Part shown: positions 58,824 to 64,000 of the stretch, piece by piece | Layout of the letters: each line of letters opens with the position of its first letter | Position numbering within the stretch: position 1 is the first letter of the stretch | NCBI GenBank assembly: GCA_017849455.1 | Contig: JAFIGX010000007.1 | Coordinates: 4,208-68,207 of the forward strand | Direction of reading: 5' to 3' | Source of the DNA: Pseudobacter sp. | Lineage (GTDB): Bacteria > Bacteroidota > Bacteroidia > Chitinophagales > Chitinophagaceae | Length of the DNA: 64,000 nt | Position numbers and translations under genes: made by a program | The notes under the pieces: model-generated | Told to the model about the DNA's origin: nothing | The model's database searches: none | Seen by the model: the letters and a program-made list of their open reading frames with translations, nothing else

Positions 58824-59711
58824 TCATTTTGTCTTCTTGAGATAGGCTTTTACCTGCTGGTGAAGCGGCTCGCTCAGGGGCGCCATCGGCAGGCGAAGAT
58901 GGTTCTCTATCACGCCTAATTCTGCCAGGAAAGCTTTTACGCCGGCAGGATTGTTCTCTACAAACATCAGGTCGTACGCTTCGATCAAAGTATCGTTCTG
59001 CTTTTTGGCAAGTGCAAAATCGCCTTTGAGACAGCTCCGTACCATGTCTGTAAATGCTTTGGGCAATGCATTGGCAGCAACGCTGATCACGCCATCCATT
59101 CCGCAGGCCACTTGCGGAAGAACGAGTGCATCATCACCACTGACCACAAGAAAATCATTGGGCCTGTCGCGCAGTATCTGCATACATTGCGCCATATCGC
59201 CGCTGGCTTCCTTGATACCTGCGATATTCTTCACTTCATTGGCGAGCCTGATGGTGGTAGCGGCGGTCATATTCCTGCCGGTGCGTCCCGGCACATTATA
59301 GAGAATGATCGGTTTGGACGAAGCGGCTGCCAGTACTTTATAATGTTGAAAGATCCCTTCCTGTGAAGGCTTATTGTAATAAGGGCTGGCGCTGAGTACA
59401 GCCACGGCTTTATCGAGCGGGAACAATTCAAGGTCTTTCACCAGGCTTTGGGTATCATTGCCGCCGATGCCTACTACTACCGGCACGCGGCCGCCAACTT
59501 TTTCATACGTGTACTGTATGATGGCTATCTTCTCTTCATTACTGAGTGTGGGAGTTTCGCCGGTAGTGCCCAGTGTAACGATATATTCAACTCCGCCTTT
59601 GATGACGGAATCGATCAGTCGGCCTAGTGCATCGAGGTCCACTTCGGTATTTGCTCTGAAAGGAGTTACCAGTGCTACGCCTGTTCCTTTTAATACTTGC
59701 CTGAGAGACAT
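58824..59711 (-). CDS. dapA: 4-hydroxy-tetrahydrodipicolinate synthase
   Basis: GTGVALVTPF..., LGTTGE, YNVPGRTG and IAGIKEASGD motifs. The start is at MSLRQVLKG (59711). Confidence 0.92.
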   Translation of the reverse strand: MSLRQVLKGTGVALVTPFRANTEVDLDALGRLIDSVIKGGVEYIVTLGTTGETPTLSNEEKIAIIQYTYEKVGGRVPVVVGIGGNDTQSLVKDLELFPLDKAVAVLSASPYYNKPSQEGIFQHYKVLAAASSKPIILYNVPGRTGRNMTAATTIRLANEVKNIAGIKEASGDMAQCMQILRDRPNDFLVVSGDDALVLPQVACGMDGVISVAANALPKAFTDMVRSCLKGDFALAKKQNDTLIEAYDLMFVENNPAGVKAFLAELGVIENHLRLPMAPLSEPLHQQVKAYLKKTK

Positions 59712-59978
59712 GTGCTGTACGATTTTTTTGTTTGATGATTGCTGTTGAATGAGGTTGATGGTCACCTGCCGTTGAGTAAAATAAAAAGCCTTCCTGCTAT
59801 GGGAAGGCCTTTACATTTATTTCAGACATACAAAACTGTTGTCAACCTTCCCGGTACACGGAATGTTTCTTGACACGCTTTGTATGTTTCTTTATCAACT
59901 GCATGGTAAGTACCAAAAATAATCAGCAAATGGATTCTACCCAAAAAATTTTGTTCAGGAGCTGTTGTTCTGATAAGA

Positions 59979-60956
59979 TCAGGCAGTGGTTTCGTCCCAG
60001 AACCCCATCTTGTTGAATTTCTCGATGCGCTTGCGAACGCGGTCTTCGGGGTCCATCTGCTGCAGGTCATTGATCGCGTTAATGAGAAAAGGTTTCAGCA
60101 GCGTAGTAGCTTCATTGTAGTCCCAGTGGGCCCCACCCGTAGGTTCTGGAATGATGGCATCGATGAGCCCGAACTGGTACATATAATCGGCGGTAAGCTT
60201 CAACTGTTCGGCTGCTTTTTCCTTCTGGTCCCAACTTCTCCACAGAATGGAGCTACAGCTTTCCGGGGAGATAACGGTATACCAGGTATTTTCCAGCATA
60301 AAGACCCTGTCGCCCACACCGATACCCAGGGCGCCGCCGGAGGCTCCCTCTCCGATGATGACGCAGACAACGGGCACTTTAAGCCGGGTCATTTCATATA
60401 TATTACGTGCGATGGCTTCTCCCTGTCCCCTTTCTTCCGCTTCGAGGCCGGGATAAGCGCCGGGCGTATCGATCAGGGTAATGATCGGTTTATTGAATTT
60501 TTCGGCGAGCTTCATCAGGCGGAGGGCTTTGCGATAGCCTTCGGGATTGGCCATCCCGAAATTGCGCAATTGCCTGGCCTTGGTATTGATCCCTTTTTGC
60601 TGGCCGATCATCATCACTGTTTGTCCATCGAGTGAGGCGAAGCCGCCCACCATCGCTTTATCATCCCGGATATTCCTATCGCCAAACAGCTCTACGAAAT
60701 TGGTGGTCAGTTTTTCTATATATTTTGAGGTGTATGGGCGATCGGGGTGGCGGCTTAGCTGGACTTTTTGCCAGGGGGTAAGGTTTTGGGTGATGGCTTT
60801 GCGGGTTTCGAGTACACGTTCTTCAAGTTTCTTGATCGGCTCGCTCAGGTCAATTTTACTTTTCTCTGCCTTTTGCTTGAGTCCCTCGATATCATCAAAG
60901 AGTTCTTTGATCGGTCTTTCAAAATCCAGGAACTGACGGTTTTTGTCTTGCGGCAT
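59979..60956 (-). CDS. accA: Acetyl-CoA carboxylase carboxyltransferase subunit alpha
   Basis: [10 protein letters not shown]..., [17 protein letters not shown]-like ([23 protein letters not shown]) and [10 protein letters not shown]. Confidence 0.93.
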   Translation of the reverse strand: MPQDKNRQFLDFERPIKELFDDIEGLKQKAEKSKIDLSEPIKKLEERVLETRKAITQNLTPWQKVQLSRHPDRPYTSKYIEKLTTNFVELFGDRNIRDDKAMVGGFASLDGQTVMMIGQQKGINTKARQLRNFGMANPEGYRKALRLMKLAEKFNKPIITLIDTPGAYPGLEAEERGQGEAIARNIYEMTRLKVPVVCVIIGEGASGGALGIGVGDRVFMLENTWYTVISPESCSSILWRSWDQKEKAAEQLKLTADYMYQFGLIDAIIPEPTGGAHWDYNEATTLLKPFLINAINDLQQMDPEDRVRKRIEKFNKMGFWDETTA

Positions 60957-61180
60957 ATTGTAAAGATGATATAAGGTTGTAAAATTAAGGGTTGGCTATT
61001 TTTTTATGAAAGTTTTGTTGGGAAAAAACAAAATTCTCCTATCTTTGCCATCCCAAAAACAATAATACTACCCAAAGCGGTTGAAAGTTAAGAAGTTGAG
61101 AGGGAGGTAGTGAGATGGGAAACAATTCTTACAGTGATCAATCACTATAAACTTTTGAGGTTGCTAAGTTCGTCTTAGTA

Positions 61181-61254
61181 AGGATCGGTAGTTCAGTTGG
61201 TTAGAATGCCGCCCTGTCACGGCGGAGGTCGCGGGTTCGAGTCCCGTCCGGTCC
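61181..61254 (+). tRNA. tRNA-Asp (anticodon GTC)
   Basis: The 74-nt cloverleaf was folded by hand. Acceptor stem GGATCGG/CCGGTCC has one G.U pair. Anticodon stem CCGCC/GGCGG carries the loop CTGTCAC. The T-arm is GCGGG-TTCGAGT-CCCGT. No CCA is encoded. Confidence 0.9.
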
Positions 61255-61296
61255 GCAAATGGCCACAAAAGGCAACAAATGGCCACAAATTCCAAG

Positions 61297-61330
61297 AAAT
61301 GCCTCCAAAAACTCATGATCTTGGAGGCAT
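61297..61330 (+). terminator. Hairpin terminator after tRNA-Asp
   Basis: aatgcctcca-(14 nt)-tggaggcatt is a perfect 10-bp stem followed by ctgtattt. Confidence 0.5.
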
Positions 61331-61479
61331 TCTGTATTTAATATCCTTTTTCTCCGTGGGCCAGAATTAAGGGACGCTTACACAGGGAAAACATTAATAT
61401 CTAGCCGCACCATGTTATGCGTATGACCTGAATAGCAGAAACCTGCCATGTCGCGAGGTGGTTTTTTAATATACAGGGA

Positions 61480-63375
61480 TTACTCTGTTCTTTTCTTTCT
61501 ATTCAGAACCTTTTGTTTAAGCAAGTATAAGTCCAATGTATTGAAATTTGTTTGCATTTCATTTTTTATCCACGTGACTAATTCTGTAATTAAGTCTTTT
61601 GTTTTTTGAGAAAGCTCTCTTTCTAGCTTATCCGACCATATATAATATGACCTCATGAGCTGTTCAAAGACATTACCTCTACTTTCTGTCAAATTTAATT
61701 GTATACTCATAGTAGAAAAATGGAGCCCCCAGAAAATATAAATATTATTATCATTAGATGATTCCAATGATTTTGTAGCTCTATGAAAGGATTGGAGAAT
61801 TGTATCTGAAAAGATATTTCTGTAGAACTCTGTTGAAAAGTTAACTGCCGACGAATTTTGAATATTCCAAAGAGTACCAATATATCCTCTTGCTCCACTA
61901 ACTAGGAATTGTTCCGCAATTTGATACCATGACCAGCATGTATTATTAAAGATAAATGGAGAAGAATGGGAAGCAAGGATATTGAGCATTCCCTGGTGAT
62001 TTCCATCAGAACAATGTATGGCAGAAGAGTTAGGTATTTTCTTTTTTTTGTCAAGTACTTTCTTTTGCTGCATAGTGCTAATATCTAGTGCATTCATCAT
62101 GTCAGAAAAAACATAATGAGGATATTTACTCTTCAATTCTGGACTCCTCCAAACAAGTCCATCAAATTTTTTAAAATATGTCTTTCGTTGAACGTGCCCA
62201 TAACCTGCCTTTGAGCTAGGAGAAATAGACAAGACTTCATCATATACAACGGTATGCTTATCTCCTTTGCTGTCTACAAATGTTTCTTCAATTGTGCGCC
62301 CCTCAATTTCACCACCATGACTGCATAGATGAAAGATGTCATATGGAAACTCCTTTAAGTTCATATCAAGATTATAAACTGAAGCATTCTTTCCAAAGAG
62401 TTCTCTTACATAGAAATTGTTTTTATTAAGAATGGTACTAACTGCTGCTGTTTCTTCGTCTTTGAAGAATCCTGGCGAAAAACAAACGGCCCCTCCATAT
62501 TGGTTCTTTTTCTCATAGATTAAATTGTCAAGGATAAAGAAGTCGGCACGAAGTTCGAGATGAACATAACTGCAAGGAATACAATTATTAAGAACTAATG
62601 AATAAGGGAGGCCTGTTGTGAAGAATGTCGCGAAATCAATCTTGCTAAACGAGATAGCACCAATTCTGTCAGTTACTTTTTGCTCAATATGTTTATATTG
62701 AGATAAATCCCCATTTCTCCAACCTTCAATACAACTGTGAATAATAAATCTGTCGTCGGGATCTAACGGTTCCACAATGTGAACATCCGAATTTATGGAA
62801 TATGCGTAGTTGACAGCAATTACTGGTGTCACACTGTTATCATTTTCGATAATAATCAATCCTCCGTTGCCTATAGGAGAAGTTTGTATAGGCTCAGCTC
62901 TTTCATCAATTTTTAAGATAAAATTGCTTCGTAAGGCTAAGGATAAACCAACGAAAACATCCGAGGGTCGACATAAAAGTAACTCCTTTGCTTCCGAAAT
63001 AAATGACGAAAGATAAAAGTCTACTTCGGACATGTCGCTTATGTCAATAACATTCGTCTTTGACAAAAAATATAAATAACTTTTTTGTTCTACAGATAGG
63101 CCTGCTAAAATTAAGTAATCGCATGACGTTATTCTAGCTAATATATTATTTGCCAAGGTTGCGAAATGGGTGGCCCTACCTATAGAAAGTGAGTTTTCGG
63201 TTTGCTTATCTTCTTCGTATTTAGGTTTTGCGCAAGTAACGTGTGGGAACTCCAAAATGGGAAAGTAAACGCCCTTCTTATTTAAGTAGGATGAAATAAT
63301 AGCAGCAAGCTCTGGCTTACGAAAGTCAACAATACATACAAATTGTCTATTTATGGTTGGGATATTTGCCCTCAT
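61480..63375 (-). CDS. CHAT/caspase-like domain protein (631 aa) with an unknown N-terminal half
   Basis: A candidate His-Cys dyad lies in typical CHAT context. The His is in YDIFHLCSHGGEIEG. The Cys is in SPFIFNNTCWSW, followed by FLVSGARGYIGTLWNI. The gene is very AT-rich compared with the rest of the window. Confidence 0.6.
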   Translation of the reverse strand: MRANIPTINRQFVCIVDFRKPELAAIISSYLNKKGVYFPILEFPHVTCAKPKYEEDKQTENSLSIGRATHFATLANNILARITSCDYLILAGLSVEQKSYLYFLSKTNVIDISDMSEVDFYLSSFISEAKELLLCRPSDVFVGLSLALRSNFILKIDERAEPIQTSPIGNGGLIIIENDNSVTPVIAVNYAYSINSDVHIVEPLDPDDRFIIHSCIEGWRNGDLSQYKHIEQKVTDRIGAISFSKIDFATFFTTGLPYSLVLNNCIPCSYVHLELRADFFILDNLIYEKKNQYGGAVCFSPGFFKDEETAAVSTILNKNNFYVRELFGKNASVYNLDMNLKEFPYDIFHLCSHGGEIEGRTIEETFVDSKGDKHTVVYDEVLSISPSSKAGYGHVQRKTYFKKFDGLVWRSPELKSKYPHYVFSDMMNALDISTMQQKKVLDKKKKIPNSSAIHCSDGNHQGMLNILASHSSPFIFNNTCWSWYQIAEQFLVSGARGYIGTLWNIQNSSAVNFSTEFYRNIFSDTILQSFHRATKSLESSNDNNIYIFWGLHFSTMSIQLNLTESRGNVFEQLMRSYYIWSDKLERELSQKTKDLITELVTWIKNEMQTNFNTLDLYLLKQKVLNRKKRTE

Positions 63376-63393
63376 TTGGTTTTATTCAATTAT

Positions 63394-63981
63394 TTATTTA
63401 TCCGGTTCGTTGAAATCTAAAAGAGCATATAACTCTCTTCGCAAATGCCAAACTTTCACTAAAAACCACTGTAGTTCATTTGATGCAGTCATCTTTCTAT
63501 CAGAGAAATAAAAATTTCCTACTAAGAACGACTCTAAGGTGTATATATCCTTATCGATTTTACTTAAATCAGGTACTGAACGCCTTGTATAATTGTCTAG
63601 TTTTTGAGCAACCCAACCGAATGAAGATATAAAGGTATCATTATCAAAAAGATCAGGTGCGAGAGTTGCATAGAACTGACCTTTGGGGTGAATCAAAATT
63701 TGGCTCTCAGAGGCGGGGAACTCAACCAAACCATCCGTCCAATAGAATGTTTGCCAATTCTTATAAGAAAGTTTATTTACTATTTCATCCTTTCTCTCTT
63801 GCAAAGAGAGCGCTTCATGCTTATTTTGATTACATAGATTGTTGAGATTTTCTAGCCAGATATTATCGGAATTGTATTTTGGTTGAATATTGACAAAGAA
63901 ATTGAAGATGTTTGGGTGTTTATTTTTCAACCCTGGGAAAACCCCCATAACTCGATTTTCAATATCACTATCTTTTGCCAT
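63394..63981 (-). CDS. Hypothetical protein (195 aa), upstream partner of the CHAT-like gene
   Basis: AT-rich ORF, 18 nt upstream of and on the same strand as the CHAT-like gene. No motif is recognised. Confidence 0.45.
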   Translation of the reverse strand: MAKDSDIENRVMGVFPGLKNKHPNIFNFFVNIQPKYNSDNIWLENLNNLCNQNKHEALSLQERKDEIVNKLSYKNWQTFYWTDGLVEFPASESQILIHPKGQFYATLAPDLFDNDTFISSFGWVAQKLDNYTRRSVPDLSKIDKDIYTLESFLVGNFYFSDRKMTASNELQWFLVKVWHLRRELYALLDFNEPDK

Positions 63982-64000
63982 ACTTCTTAATATGGGGAAG

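Noticed and set aside
61040-61047. tatctttg matching the Bacteroidota -7 promoter consensus TAnnTTTG upstream of tRNA-Asp
   Set aside because: It lies ~135 nt upstream of the mature tRNA 5' end. A single 8-mer match is expected by chance in AT-rich spacers, so it is not reported as a feature.
61255-64000. Looked for an integrase, transposase or a repeat of the tRNA 3' end to define the island as an integrative element
   Set aside because: None is visible within the window, and the island is truncated at 64000. Mobility therefore cannot be claimed from this sequence.

Overview
This window looks like a Bacteroidota chromosome segment. It has SusC/SusD pairs, an ECF sigma/FecR pair, a LytTR two-component system, a DUF4270-like lipoprotein and a eukaryote-like class Ia RNR. 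A Chitinophagaceae-like soil bacterium is my guess, by inference only. All calls come from reading motifs in the supplied translations and the DNA by eye; no database or HMM search was run. Most of the window is housekeeping: cmk, clpC, ispD, ppsA, nrdB/nrdA behind a cobalamin riboswitch, dapA, accA and tRNA-Asp. Two SusC/SusD loci are each followed by thioredoxin-fold and phosphoesterase genes. The stand-out region is a visibly AT-richer accessory block of about 11.4 kb (41.3-52.7 kb). Its + strand carries the same module twice, once as an 861-aa fusion and once split into three genes. The module is an unknown exported domain, a CxxC thioredoxin fold and a PPP-type metallophosphoesterase, each time with a paralogous ~110-aa signal-peptide-bearing, two-Cys, Ser/Thr-rich small protein. 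Converging on it from the - strand is an operon of a MauE/DoxX membrane protein, a small HTH protein, a 718-aa Ser/Thr-kinase-LanC-like fusion and a 279-aa unknown. The fusion has no lyase domain and no Zn-ligand residues. I flag this block as the best candidate for an undescribed peptide or protein modification system; that is a hypothesis, not a demonstration. A second accessory element is a very AT-rich island that starts right after tRNA-Asp (61.3 kb to the window end). It encodes a CHAT/caspase-like protein plus an unknown and is cut by the window edge. Long, mostly perfect inverted-repeat elements sit at several gene junctions. No rRNA, CRISPR array, transposase or integrase is visible.
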